Positions 8,330-18,798 of a DNA stretch of 64,000 nucleotides are shown here, piece after piece; within the stretch, counting starts at the first letter, position 1; every line of letters begins with the position of its first letter. This DNA is from an uncultured Clostridia bacterium. GTDB lineage: Bacteria > Bacillota > Clostridia > TANB77 > CAG-508. The notes under the pieces are model-generated. The model did no database searches, was not told the DNA's origin, and worked only from the letters and a program-made list of their open reading frames with translations. The DNA lies in contig CATLHF010000001.1 of NCBI GenBank assembly GCA_949948835.1, positions 1,069-65,068 of the forward strand, given 5' to 3'. A program made the translations under genes and the position numbers.

Positions 8330-9883
8330 TTATATGTTTTCATAATTATATTTTGTATAAGATTTTTGGTTACTTTTATATCTTTGATATTCTAAATTTA
8401 ATGGTTCTAATTGTTTTTTTGCTCTATCTTTTGATAAATTCCACTCTTGAATATTTCTATCTTCTTTTACATCTTCATACATGTTAAACAAGTAGTTGCT
8501 TATTTTTCTCTTTTCTTTTTCATCTGTAGTTGTATTGTATAAATAAATCATTTCTGAAACAGCATCTGTTCCTAAATTCTCAATTAAATAATCGATATCT
8601 AATTCTCTTCTTTCATATACCCCAGGCATTTTTTGTGCTATGCCAATGTTATTTCTTGCAATCATATAATCAATATTAGCAAAATTTATAATAACATACA
8701 TAGTAATTCCAATAACAAAATAACATTTTAAAAGATTTATTTTTCCTTTTAAGATGTAGTAAATCGTCGGTAAAATTGCTATTACTTCTGTTATTAAAAT
8801 AACGTATACCATTAAACGTAAAAATGTATATCCAAATTCATTTTCGTAAAGATGCATTCTCATAAAAGCAGAAACTGCAATTACAATAGTAAAAATACAC
8901 ATTAAAACATTCATCCATTTTGTATAAGTATTTTTTATTTCTTCTTTTTTTCCATTTGCATTGGTTAATAAAATAATCGCAAAATTAATAACAGTAATAA
9001 ACATTAATTGAAAGAATCCTTGTCTTGCATATTGTGCTAAATTTAAACTAGCATTTAATGTAGCATCTGAAAACAAATATGAATATAAGTAAATAAACTG
9101 TATTCCTGTAAAGATAAGATACACTACATTAACAATAGTAAGAATAGTATTCACAATAGTGTTGTCAATATGAACTTTTAAAAACTCCTTTGTTTTATAT
9201 TCTTTATTAAAAGCACTCTTTTTGCTGTATATGTTATACACAACACATAAAAGATAAATAAACACAAGTGTAATCACAATGATTCTACCAATTAAATTTG
9301 CTATAAATTCACTTGTAAAAATAAATGCAATCTGACTGAATATGTTATCAAATAAATTAGCAAATACACCATCTGCTGCAACTAATAATCCTAAAATAAT
9401 AAATAATAATGGAATAGAACATAGTACTCCTAAACCAATTAATTTTATTTTTTTGTGTTTTTGCTCTTTTTCTTTTCCAGATTGTATCTTAACTACACTT
9501 TTTATTAAACTACAAGCTCCTGGTATAAATTCTAGTGACCCTACTACTAGATTAATTGATTTGCTAATAACTTCACGTAGTTTAAAAACATCTACACATG
9601 CCCAAACAATCATACTTCCTAGTAATAATGGAATGACTACTAAATTTAGGACATAAAAAAATGTATTATTAAAAATAAAATACGTTGCACTTAATAATAA
9701 AATTGGAAATGCTAAATATAAAGCATTGCTATTTTTTATTCTATCATGTTTTTTCAAAAAGGTCATTAATAGAAATATGCTAACAACAGCAAACAATAAT
9801 ACTGATATTCCTAAATCTTGCCCATAAAATAAGATAGAATGTAAAATACTTAATATAAAACTTCCTATAATTGCTTTTTTCAT
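8330..9883 (-). CDS. Polytopic membrane protein (DUF4153/DUF4173-like)
   Basis: 517 aa with more than 10 predicted TM segments and a soluble C-terminal ~100 aa. The family call is tentative. Confidence 0.55.
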   Translation of the reverse strand: MKKAIIGSFILSILHSILFYGQDLGISVLLFAVVSIFLLMTFLKKHDRIKNSNALYLAFPILLLSATYFIFNNTFFYVLNLVVIPLLLGSMIVWACVDVFKLREVISKSINLVVGSLEFIPGACSLIKSVVKIQSGKEKEQKHKKIKLIGLGVLCSIPLLFIILGLLVAADGVFANLFDNIFSQIAFIFTSEFIANLIGRIIVITLVFIYLLCVVYNIYSKKSAFNKEYKTKEFLKVHIDNTIVNTILTIVNVVYLIFTGIQFIYLYSYLFSDATLNASLNLAQYARQGFFQLMFITVINFAIILLTNANGKKEEIKNTYTKWMNVLMCIFTIVIAVSAFMRMHLYENEFGYTFLRLMVYVILITEVIAILPTIYYILKGKINLLKCYFVIGITMYVIINFANIDYMIARNNIGIAQKMPGVYERRELDIDYLIENLGTDAVSEMIYLYNTTTDEKEKRKISNYLFNMYEDVKEDRNIQEWNLSKDRAKKQLEPLNLEYQRYKSNQKSYTKYNYENI

Positions 9884-9975
9884 AAAATATCCCTCCTTAT
9901 TTATGAGGTCATTATATCGCCATCTTTTTTGTTTGTCAATACTTTTTTATTGTTTTTCGATATTTTTATAATCGT

Positions 9976-10015
9976 AAAAAACGCAAGTCTCTTTTTATCA
10001 ATTCCTTGCGTTTTT
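9976..10015 (-). terminator. Terminator downstream of the GT2 gene
   Basis: aaaaacgcaag ... cttgcgttttt. Confidence 0.6.
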
Positions 10016-10030
10016 ATATTTTATAACTAA

Positions 10031-10984
10031 CTAGTCTTCTTTTAATTCTTTTTTTATTTCTTCTAATTGCATATATCGTAACAAGTTTAATTCATAACTT
10101 TCTTTATGATTTTTTACAACAGTGTGTAAAATAACCCCACATTGTCCAATAATAACAGCCAATGTGATAATTCCTGTTGCTAAAATTGCAGATGGTACTT
10201 TTGTAATATATTGTGTTTTAAAAAACTCCGCAATAACTGGCACTCCAACAAGTAACCCAATAATAAATAGGATAATTGCTATTGTTGTAAAAAACTGCAA
10301 AGGTTTATAATTTTTAAACATATTCACAATTGTTTTAACTACTTTTATTCCATCACTTACTGTATTTAGTTTTGACACACTTCCATTTGGTCGATCACGA
10401 TAAATAATTGGTATCTCTTTTATAATATATTTCTTATCTAGTGCATATAGAGACATTTCTGTTTCAATTTCAAATTTTGGTGTCATGACTGGCATGTTTT
10501 TTACAAACATTTTGTTAAACACGCGATATCCCGTCATAATATCTCTCAAATTGGTTCGAAATAGTATATTAATTGATTTCTTCACTAAATTATTACCAAA
10601 TTCATGAAAATGTCTCTTATTTTCTTCTTGGTAAGTTCCATTCGATAATCTGTCACCAATTACCATATCGGCTTGTCCAGCTCTAACTGGTTCAATTAAT
10701 TGATGTACAAATTCAGCAGGATACGTATCGTCTCCATCTACCATAACATAAATATCTGCATCAATATCGCGAAACATAGTTCTTACTACATTCCCTTTTC
10801 CTTGTTTATATTCGTATCGTACAATGGCTCCATTTTTGTTAGCAATTTCTGCTGTTTTATCTTTTGAATTATTGTCATATACATATATTTGAGCTTCTGG
10901 TAATTCTTTTTTAAAATCCTTTATTACTTTTTCTATTGTTAGTTCTTCATTATAACATGGTATTAATACTGCAATTTTTTCCAT
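10031..10984 (-). CDS. Family 2 glycosyltransferase, polyprenyl-phosphate sugar transferase type (GtrB/ArnC-like) with 2 C-terminal TM segments
   Basis: IAVLIPCYNEE, VYDNNSKDKT, VDGDDTY (DxD) and a C-terminal TM pair. Start set at MEKIAV. Confidence 0.85.
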   Translation of the reverse strand: MEKIAVLIPCYNEELTIEKVIKDFKKELPEAQIYVYDNNSKDKTAEIANKNGAIVRYEYKQGKGNVVRTMFRDIDADIYVMVDGDDTYPAEFVHQLIEPVRAGQADMVIGDRLSNGTYQEENKRHFHEFGNNLVKKSINILFRTNLRDIMTGYRVFNKMFVKNMPVMTPKFEIETEMSLYALDKKYIIKEIPIIYRDRPNGSVSKLNTVSDGIKVVKTIVNMFKNYKPLQFFTTIAIILFIIGLLVGVPVIAEFFKTQYITKVPSAILATGIITLAVIIGQCGVILHTVVKNHKESYELNLLRYMQLEEIKKELKED

Positions 10985-11112
10985 ACAAGACAATTCTCCT
11001 TTCTTAACTTATAGTAAGTATTTCCAAAATAAAAATAAAAATTCTGATAATTTTATGTTCCTATTTTATATCTATCTTGATGGTTTGTCAATCTTATACC
11101 TGCTTTTTAATA

Positions 11113-11141
11113 ATAAAAAAAGTTCAAGTATTACTTGAACT
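11113..11141 (-). terminator. Terminator after trxA
   Basis: agttcaagta / tacttgaact hairpin with an A-run on the + strand (a T-run on the - strand). Confidence 0.5.
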
Positions 11142-11449
11142 TATAACATTTCTAGTATTTCTTCTTTGCTTCTTACTCCTACAGCTTGTTTTACTAATTT
11201 CCCATTATGGATAACAACTAATGTTGGTATACTCATAATGTTAAATGCACTTGCTAACTCTTGTTCTTCATCCACATTTACTTTTCCTACTTTAGCTCTT
11301 CCTTCTACTTCTTTTGCAACATCATCTATAATTGGAGATACCATTTTACATGGTCCACACCAACTTGCCCAAAAATCCAACAAAACTGGTACATCGGACT
11401 TTGATACTTCTTCCTCAAAATTTTTACTTGTAATTGCAATAACTGACAT
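11141..11449 (-). CDS. trxA: Thioredoxin
   Basis: 102 aa with the WCGPCK active site. Confidence 0.9.
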   Translation of the reverse strand: MSVIAITSKNFEEEVSKSDVPVLLDFWASWCGPCKMVSPIIDDVAKEVEGRAKVGKVNVDEEQELASAFNIMSIPTLVVIHNGKLVKQAVGVRSKEEILEML

Positions 11450-11494
11450 ACTTATCCACTCTCCTTTTTCTTATTCTATTCATTTTAATTGTTT

Positions 11495-12379
11495 TTATTC
11501 ATTAATACTCTGTTTACGTAAGTACTTCCCACATGCAAGACCTGCAACACTTCCTTCATATACTGCTTTTGAAATTTGCAACAAACCACCTGTGCAATCT
11601 CCACATGCATATAGCCCAGAAACATTCGTTGCCATATTCTCATCTACTTTAATGGTATTATCCTCTATAATAGCTCCTAGCTTTCTTGCAAAATCTGTAC
11701 TAGATGCTGTTCCGTACAGCAACAAATAATCCATCGAAAGGAATTTTTGTTCCTTTTTTTAAAGTAATTCCTTCTACTCTTTCGTCTCCAACAATTTTTT
11801 CGATTCCTCTTGTTTCAATTGTAAGTTTATCTATGGCTTCATCTCTATTTTCTACTAGTTTTTCTCCATTTGTTAAAATTGTAACAGATTTAGCAACTGG
11901 CAATAATGTCTTTGCTTCCTTTATAGCATAATCTCCGACTCCCTAATACCGCTACTTCTTTGTTGCGGTAGAAAAATGCATCACAAATTGCACAATAGCT
12001 AACACCTTTTCCTTCTAATTCTTTTATTCCTTTTATTTTAGGAGTATTACGATTTGTTCCTGTTGCCAAAATTACTGTTTTTGCTTGATAAATATTATTT
12101 CTTGTTTCAATTGTAAAGTAGTTATCTTTTTCAATTGATAAAACTTCGTCAGTTTCTAATAAAACACCTAAACGTTTTGCTTGTTCTAGTCCTTGTTCTA
12201 GCAATTCCTTTCCACTAATGGTGTTTGAGAAACCATAATAGTTATCAATTGTCTTCGTTTTTTCTAATGCTCCTCCATCTTTACCAATAATAAGAACATT
12301 ATAATTTGACCTTTTTAAATAAATTCCTGCTGATATTCCGTGCTGGTCCTTTTCCTATAATAATGGCATCATAAACCAT
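11495..12379 (-). pseudogene. trxB: Thioredoxin-disulfide reductase interrupted by three +1 frameshifts (or requiring three +1 recoding events)
   Basis: Pieces are 12379..12341, ORF 11890..12204 (frame extends up to 12339), 11700..11903 and 11495..11734. Skipping the sense-strand C at 12340, 11937 and 11714 gives a continuous MVYDAIIIGKGPA|GISAG...CAIC...VLGS|GDYAIKEA...FVAV|GTASS...ACGDCTGG. Confidence 0.85.
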
Positions 12380-12406
12380 AAAAACCTCCCTTTTATCACA
12401 GTTTTC

Positions 12407-13141
12407 TTATTTTGTTAGTTTGGCTTTAATTCTTCTTATTTTACCAGCAACAGCAAAAACATATTTTGCCATAGAACCCATTCTATTTCTTACAAACCAA
12501 ATAGCAATTTTTTCCTCTGGTGGTGTCCATGTAGCATCAAAATGATGGATCATACAAGTATTTTGTGTAAATGTTTCATTACTTCCATCGTATGTTTTGG
12601 GATTAAAATAATCTTTCGCATAAATATGAACATTGTCTTGTAGAACTTGACATTCTTCTGCTTCAACTAATCCTAACTGTTTAAAATATTGTGTAAAAAC
12701 CTTTGGGCTTGTAATACTATACAAATCCGCGTCATTAAATGTTGCTTCTTTATAAATTTGAAAAATATTTTCCATATGCTTATTATGTTTCTCTTTTACT
12801 CCAATCATAGCTGTCGCTAGATAATTATTATCTTCTCTTCCTAACCAAATGTCATCTTCTAATATATGATCTAATTTCTTTGTTACTTCCATATCTGTAT
12901 CAAAATAAATTCCACCATATTCTTTTAAAATATAAACTCTAGCAACATCTGAAACAAAAGCCCATTTTTTGTATTTATATGCTTCCTTACTAAAATTTGT
13001 AACATTAAAGTCAAAATTTTCTTCATTCCATTCTTTTATTTCATAATCTGGTAAGAATTTTTTCCAAGTCTTTAAATATTTTTTGAACTTTCTTGGTTTC
13101 TTTTTTCCTCCAAACCAACAATAATGTATTACTTTTTCCAT
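12407..13141 (-). CDS. Glycosyltransferase, GT32-like (Gly_transf_sug / capsular polysaccharide synthesis type)
   Basis: MEKVIHYCWFGG N-terminus and a YFDTDME DxD motif. Start set at the second ATG, which follows GGAGGG. Confidence 0.7.
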   Translation of the reverse strand: MEKVIHYCWFGGKKKPRKFKKYLKTWKKFLPDYEIKEWNEENFDFNVTNFSKEAYKYKKWAFVSDVARVYILKEYGGIYFDTDMEVTKKLDHILEDDIWLGREDNNYLATAMIGVKEKHNKHMENIFQIYKEATFNDADLYSITSPKVFTQYFKQLGLVEAEECQVLQDNVHIYAKDYFNPKTYDGSNETFTQNTCMIHHFDATWTPPEEKIAIWFVRNRMGSMAKYVFAVAGKIRRIKAKLTK

Positions 13142-13154
13142 TTTTCCCTCCATT

Positions 13155-14930
13155 TTATTCTTTTGATTTTTCTATTTCTTCTTGTTTGATATCTAGCATA
13201 GATATCATAACTGGTATACTTACTATCATACTAAAAACATATCGATACTCACAAAATACTGGTGATGCAATAGTTGTTAACCACATTGCCAAAATAGGAA
13301 TAAATACTAATATCCTTTTATATTGTTTTTGATAAATAACATACACAAGACAAATTAGATTAATCCAAAACATAATTCCTACACTAAATATCATAGAAAA
13401 TACAGGAATATTTCGGTAATCTATGAAGTCATCCATAATATCAAAAATTGAATTTTGTAATAATGGGTATGAATGTAGCCCTAATTCATTTTCAATAATA
13501 ACTCTTGATACTACAGAATTTGTCGTTTCTGGATACCAGTATCCATAGCTGTTACATAAAAATGATTCGATTGCTTCTCTTGGGAATTGGAAAACCAACT
13601 GAGCCCATATTACCAAAAATTCTCCTTTATGCTCACTAAAATATGCATCATCAAAACATGCCTTCACTGGATCTGACAAAGTTGGATTATATCGTTGTTC
13701 AATATCCTCTACTGGTAAAAAGTGATGTATCTTTTCAATTTGTTCTTGATTTAATTCATCTTCTCTTTCCTTTTTAATTCTAGCAAACTGTTGTAATGGA
13801 ATAGAAAGTGCTTCTCTTATAGAACCTTTTTGCACTTTACATATTTGAAAAACTGGTCCTGTATATAACACATAGAATATGATTGGTATTATAGTAATTG
13901 GTAAAATCTTTTTCCAATTCTTTCGGTAAAACCATAAAAGAAATGGTATCGTTAAAAACACAATATAAATTCCATTGTTTCGGAATACAATAACAAGTAA
14001 CATACTAATAATAAATGTAAACATTCTTTTTTTATTCGCAAAAAAGCTTTCTGTATTTCTTACTAATTCTACTATCTGCAATATAAAAAACAACATTACA
14101 ATAGCAAATGGTATATCTTTCCACATTGTCAAACTATAAATACCAAATACTGGGTATAATGCAAAAAATAAAAAACCAGCAATTTTTATTCCAGTATATA
14201 TGTTTTTCTTTGACATATCATAAAGTACAAAAGAAAAAATTCCAGATAAGGCAATCATTTGAAAAGTAGAATAAATTGCCACTCCTATGTTATAACTTCC
14301 GAAGAACTTTCCAATATTTACTGCGATTCCTATTAAAAATGTATGGAAAATCGGATGATGATTTGTTAAAGTATTAATTCCTTGTGTTTGACAAATTTGG
14401 TCCAAAGAGTCTGGCGTAATAATTGCTGGAAAATATTTTAAAAAATATGGTAACCAAGCTAATATGATAAGTGCCCATAAAATCCAAAAATTCTTTTTAT
14501 TTGTATTGAATAGTTTTATTTGGTTATTTTCCCTACTACTCATATATGGTATTAACTTTGTATATAAAACAATCAAAACCATATATATTAAGGTTACCGT
14601 TCCAACTAATTTTATCATTGATTTTAGAAGAGTACTTCTTGATAGAAGAATTCCATCTAAACTCATCGTATTATCAATACTATATCCAATTACATGAAAC
14701 AAAGCAAGTACAACAGAAAGACTTAACATACATATGATAAGTCTTTTATCTTTTTGTTGTAGTGATTTTTGAATTGTCGCACAAAAAATAGCAAACAGTA
14801 GTACATATATGATATTGTTTCCAGTCATCGAAGCAAGCAACCCCACTTCAGTATCTAAATTTATATTTAAAGAAATGGTTGTTATACTTGCTAACACAAA
14901 AATAATTAAGCCTTTTATAATCTTTTTCAT
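13155..14930 (-). CDS. Large polytopic membrane protein, possible GT-C-type glycosyltransferase (DUF6020-like)
   Basis: 591 aa with many TM segments plus a soluble loop, embedded in the polysaccharide cluster. The family call is tentative. Confidence 0.55.
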   Translation of the reverse strand: MKKIIKGLIIFVLASITTISLNINLDTEVGLLASMTGNNIIYVLLFAIFCATIQKSLQQKDKRLIICMLSLSVVLALFHVIGYSIDNTMSLDGILLSRSTLLKSMIKLVGTVTLIYMVLIVLYTKLIPYMSSRENNQIKLFNTNKKNFWILWALIILAWLPYFLKYFPAIITPDSLDQICQTQGINTLTNHHPIFHTFLIGIAVNIGKFFGSYNIGVAIYSTFQMIALSGIFSFVLYDMSKKNIYTGIKIAGFLFFALYPVFGIYSLTMWKDIPFAIVMLFFILQIVELVRNTESFFANKKRMFTFIISMLLVIVFRNNGIYIVFLTIPFLLWFYRKNWKKILPITIIPIIFYVLYTGPVFQICKVQKGSIREALSIPLQQFARIKKEREDELNQEQIEKIHHFLPVEDIEQRYNPTLSDPVKACFDDAYFSEHKGEFLVIWAQLVFQFPREAIESFLCNSYGYWYPETTNSVVSRVIIENELGLHSYPLLQNSIFDIMDDFIDYRNIPVFSMIFSVGIMFWINLICLVYVIYQKQYKRILVFIPILAMWLTTIASPVFCEYRYVFSMIVSIPVMISMLDIKQEEIEKSKE

Positions 14931-14955
14931 TTTCTCTACTCCTCTATAAATTGTT

Positions 14956-16026
14956 CTATCTTCCTAAAATCGCTTTTATTAGATTCCATACACTTCCTAG
15001 AGTTTTTCTTACATAGTTCACAAAAGCACGTGCCAAAAAAAGTCTTCTAATATTTTTCATTTTATTTTCCTTTATGTTTACAAGTAAATTATTAAGTACT
15101 TTTCTTTGTCTTGGCGAATATTCATTGTCTTTATATATCATCTCATTATTTAATATGTAATGGACAATTTCTTTATTATTTTTTGTAAAGTCACTTATAT
15201 TCTTTCGAAAAGCCTTTTTATTTTTTCGATAATCTTGATACATAATTTCTAACATTCGTTTTACAAAAAACTCATTAATAATTTGATAATATTTTGTATA
15301 ATCTTCTTTGTTTCTCAATTCGTTTGATATGTTTTCACATATTTTATAAAAAGCAGATATATAAGTATTACTTGCTACAATTGATCTTTCCCTTTGTAAA
15401 TAATAATAAAGAGGATATGGAATATACTTTATTTTTTCTGTATCCATTAAAATAAATGGTGTAACTGAAGTGTCCTCATACTCTTTATTAGTTGGGAATT
15501 GATATGGCTTATATAAGTCCTTTTTAATAATTTTATTACAAGAAGATCCCTGCATTGCTCCACTAATTAAGGCGGTTTTCCTATCTTTTTCTTTGTCCAC
15601 ATAGGCTCTAGCAATATAATTATATTGTGGTGTTTTTTCAAAAATAACATATAGGTCATATATAATAATTTCGTAATTTTGATTAATATATTTTCTTGCA
15701 ATTTCATAAAAATCTTCGGAAATATAATCGTCTGAATCAACAACACTAATATATTTTCCTCTTGATAAGGCAATACCAACATTTTTTGTATCTGCTAACC
15801 CTTTATTTTCTTTTGATTGATAGATAAAACGTTTTCTATATTCTTTTGGTAATTTTTCTATATATTCTTGAATAATTTTTTCTGAATCATCTGTTGAACC
15901 ATCGTTTATAACAATAACTTCACAATCCAAATCCATTGCATTCTTAATTGATTCTAAGCATTTTTCAACATATTTTTCTGTGTTATAAACTGGTACTATA
16001 ATTGAAATCAAAATATCGTTTTCCAT
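14956..16026 (-). CDS. Family 2 glycosyltransferase
   Basis: ISIIVPVYNTEKY, VINDGSTDDS, VDSDDY. Confidence 0.8.
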   Translation of the reverse strand: MENDILISIIVPVYNTEKYVEKCLESIKNAMDLDCEVIVINDGSTDDSEKIIQEYIEKLPKEYRKRFIYQSKENKGLADTKNVGIALSRGKYISVVDSDDYISEDFYEIARKYINQNYEIIIYDLYVIFEKTPQYNYIARAYVDKEKDRKTALISGAMQGSSCNKIIKKDLYKPYQFPTNKEYEDTSVTPFILMDTEKIKYIPYPLYYYLQRERSIVASNTYISAFYKICENISNELRNKEDYTKYYQIINEFFVKRMLEIMYQDYRKNKKAFRKNISDFTKNNKEIVHYILNNEMIYKDNEYSPRQRKVLNNLLVNIKENKMKNIRRLFLARAFVNYVRKTLGSVWNLIKAILGR

Positions 16027-16044
16027 TGTATTCTCCCATTAATT

Positions 16045-16818
16045 TTATAATTCTTCTGCAAATCCTTTTTGCATTTTCTTAAATGCAAAATATCCAAATA
16101 TCAATAGTACTAATGATATGGCAAATAGTATTCCTAAATGTTGCATATTAGGCATTTGTTGATAATAAAAAATATCCCTATATGCATTAATGATATATGT
16201 CATAGGATTTAATTTCATAATCATTCTTAAATGTTCTGGTAATTGTTCTAACTTATATACAATTGGTGTTGCATAAAAAGCAGCCATTAAGAAAACACTT
16301 ACAATATGCTCTAAATCTCTAACATAAACTGTAAGAGCTGATGCAATAAAATTAATTCCTAACAGTAATACACATTGCACTAACAATATTACTGGATATA
16401 ATAAAATAAGTTTTGTTACCCCTATTCCAGAAAATAGAACAAAAGCTAATATAATAATTGTAGAAATAAGGAAGTTAATTGCTCCACTAATTACAGTAGA
16501 GATTGGTAAGATTTCTCTTGGAAAGTACACTTTTTGTACAATATTTCCATTTGTCACAATACAAAGTGTACCTTGTAAAATGGTATTTGTAAAAAATGTC
16601 CATGGAATTAATCCTATACAAACATAAATATAATAAGTATCATCCCCACTTGCAAGTAAAGCTCCAAATACTACTGAATATACTAATAATTGTAGTAGTG
16701 GATTTAAGAATGACCATAAAACACCTAAAAATGAATGCTTATATCTTCCTCTTACTTCTTTTTTTGTATTACTTTTTAATAATTCTCTATAATTGTATAT
16801 TTCTTTAAATATATTCAT
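16045..16818 (-). CDS. ABC-2 type polysaccharide/teichoic-acid export permease (TagG/Wzm-like)
   Basis: 257 aa with 6 TM segments. Typical N-terminus YRELLKSNTKKEVRGRYKHSFLGVLWSFLNP. Confidence 0.8.
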   Translation of the reverse strand: MNIFKEIYNYRELLKSNTKKEVRGRYKHSFLGVLWSFLNPLLQLLVYSVVFGALLASGDDTYYIYVCIGLIPWTFFTNTILQGTLCIVTNGNIVQKVYFPREILPISTVISGAINFLISTIIILAFVLFSGIGVTKLILLYPVILLVQCVLLLGINFIASALTVYVRDLEHIVSVFLMAAFYATPIVYKLEQLPEHLRMIMKLNPMTYIINAYRDIFYYQQMPNMQHLGILFAISLVLLIFGYFAFKKMQKGFAEEL

Positions 16819-16836
16819 TTCTTCTTCTCCCTTCCC

Positions 16837-17574
16837 TTAAGCTGTTTCTTCTAAATATTGTTTGATTACTGTTTTTGTTTCTCCATCCATCTTAATAGAT
16901 CCTTGATGTAACCATACAGCTCTTGTACAAAATCTTTCAACAGATTCCATTCCATGTGTAACAAAAACAATTGTCTTTCCTTCTTTTTTCAAGTCTTCTA
17001 TTTTTTGGAAGCACTTTTCTTGAAAATGTTGATCTCCAACTGATAAAATTTCATCAATAAGTAAGATATCAGCATCTACATTAATTGCAACAGAAAAAGC
17101 AAGTCTCATATACATACCAGAAGAATAGGTTCTTACTGGATTATCAATAAAATCTTTTAATTCTGAAAACTCTATAATTTGTTCCATTCTTCTATCAATT
17201 TCTTTTCTTGTTAATCCAAAAATAGAAGCATTAAAATAAATATTCTCTCTTCCTGAAAAATCCGGATGAAACCCTGCACCTAATTCTAAAAGAGAAGTCA
17301 ATTTTCCATTTGTTTCGATTTTTCCTTTATTTGGGTATATAATTTTAGTCATTAACTTTAATAATGTTGATTTTCCACTTCCATTTACTCCAATCAAGCC
17401 AACAACTTCACCTTTTTTTATTTCTAAACTAATATCTTTTAGTATTTGTCTTACTTCTCTTTTTGTTCTGTTCCAAAACAGCAATTTTTCTTTCATTGTA
17501 TTTGTTTTATCATAATATACATTAAAAGACTTGTCCACATGTTCTACATGTATTGCTATATTATCTTTTGGCAT
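16837..17574 (-). CDS. ABC exporter ATP-binding protein (TagH/Wzt-like)
   Basis: Walker A GVNGSGKST, signature YSSGM and Walker B ILLIDE. Confidence 0.85.
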   Translation of the reverse strand: MPKDNIAIHVEHVDKSFNVYYDKTNTMKEKLLFWNRTKREVRQILKDISLEIKKGEVVGLIGVNGSGKSTLLKLMTKIIYPNKGKIETNGKLTSLLELGAGFHPDFSGRENIYFNASIFGLTRKEIDRRMEQIIEFSELKDFIDNPVRTYSSGMYMRLAFSVAINVDADILLIDEILSVGDQHFQEKCFQKIEDLKKEGKTIVFVTHGMESVERFCTRAVWLHQGSIKMDGETKTVIKQYLEETA

Positions 17575-17649
17575 TCTTCTTTCCTCCCTTTTTATGTTTT
17601 TGTAATTATATCATAATTTAAATGAATTTCAAACATAATATAAGATATT

Positions 17650-18798
17650 TTAAAATTTATTAAAACAATCCTTTTCTATCAATTCATACCACATTTTCTC
17701 TACTTGTTCTACTTTATATTGTTGCGATTCTTCCCTTGCCTTTTCTCCTATTGTTTGTCTTAATTCTTCATTTATCATTAATTCATTTATTTTGTCTGCC
17801 ATTTCTTCTTTATTACGATTCTCAATTAAAAATCCATTTTCTCCATTTTGTATAATTTCTTTTGGTCCTTCAGCACTATCAAATGCAAGAATCGGCAACC
17901 CATAACTTTCTGCCTCAATCAGTACTAATCCAAAACTCTCATGAAAAGATGTCATAACATAAATAGAGGATTGTAACATAAGTTCATTCAGTTCCTTTTC
18001 TTTTTGAAATCCTAATAACTGAATTTTATTCTGTAACTTCTTTTCTTTAATTTTCTTTTCTATTTTCTCTCGTTCCTGCCCATCTCCTGCAATCGTCAAA
18101 CACCAATCTGGATTTTTTTTGCTTACTATTTCAAAAACATCAATCAAATCCAAAAATCCTTTTTCAGGTGAGAACCTGCCAGCTGAAAGGACTCTTGGTT
18201 GTTTTAAATTTGATGCAATATTAGGATAATATTGTAAACAATTTGGTATATAAATACATTTTACTGTACTTCCTTTTAATTTCTCTTTATAAATCTGTGT
18301 TAACTGTTTAGAAACTGGCACAAAATAATCAATCTTTTTAAGTGACTTTACAATTTTTGTAACATATCTTTTGTTTCCATTATTATTATGTTCCTGCGCT
18401 ATTTTAATCATTTGTTTATCACCATATTTACCAAGTAATTTACTATGGATATACCTTGTAGAAATGGCAATATCACAGTCTAGATTTTTAATTGCTTTTA
18501 TCATTAATATTCTTCTTAAGTAAAGAATTTTAATTGCTTTTATACCTTCTTTTAAAATTCTTATTACTTGGAAGTTTTTAAGTGCTTCTTTAAATTCCTT
18601 AGCATTTGGTTTTAAATTTGGCATTAAATATTCAATTTTTACTCTACTATCAATTTCAAATGCAGGTTTTTCCTCGATTCGATAATTTGCAATAATCTCT
18701 ACCTCATATTGTTTTGCAAGCATATTACTTAGAGTAGAAACTGCTTTTTCGACTCCACCTGTAGACAAATGTAAGGCTAGTATTGTTATTTTTTTCAT
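17650..18798 (-). CDS. Family 4 (GT-B) glycosyltransferase
   Basis: C-terminal ESFGLVLIEAESYGLPILAF motif (EX7E type). Confidence 0.8.
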   Translation of the reverse strand: MKKITILALHLSTGGVEKAVSTLSNMLAKQYEVEIIANYRIEEKPAFEIDSRVKIEYLMPNLKPNAKEFKEALKNFQVIRILKEGIKAIKILYLRRILMIKAIKNLDCDIAISTRYIHSKLLGKYGDKQMIKIAQEHNNNGNKRYVTKIVKSLKKIDYFVPVSKQLTQIYKEKLKGSTVKCIYIPNCLQYYPNIASNLKQPRVLSAGRFSPEKGFLDLIDVFEIVSKKNPDWCLTIAGDGQEREKIEKKIKEKKLQNKIQLLGFQKEKELNELMLQSSIYVMTSFHESFGLVLIEAESYGLPILAFDSAEGPKEIIQNGENGFLIENRNKEEMADKINELMINEELRQTIGEKAREESQQYKVEQVEKMWYELIEKDCFNKF

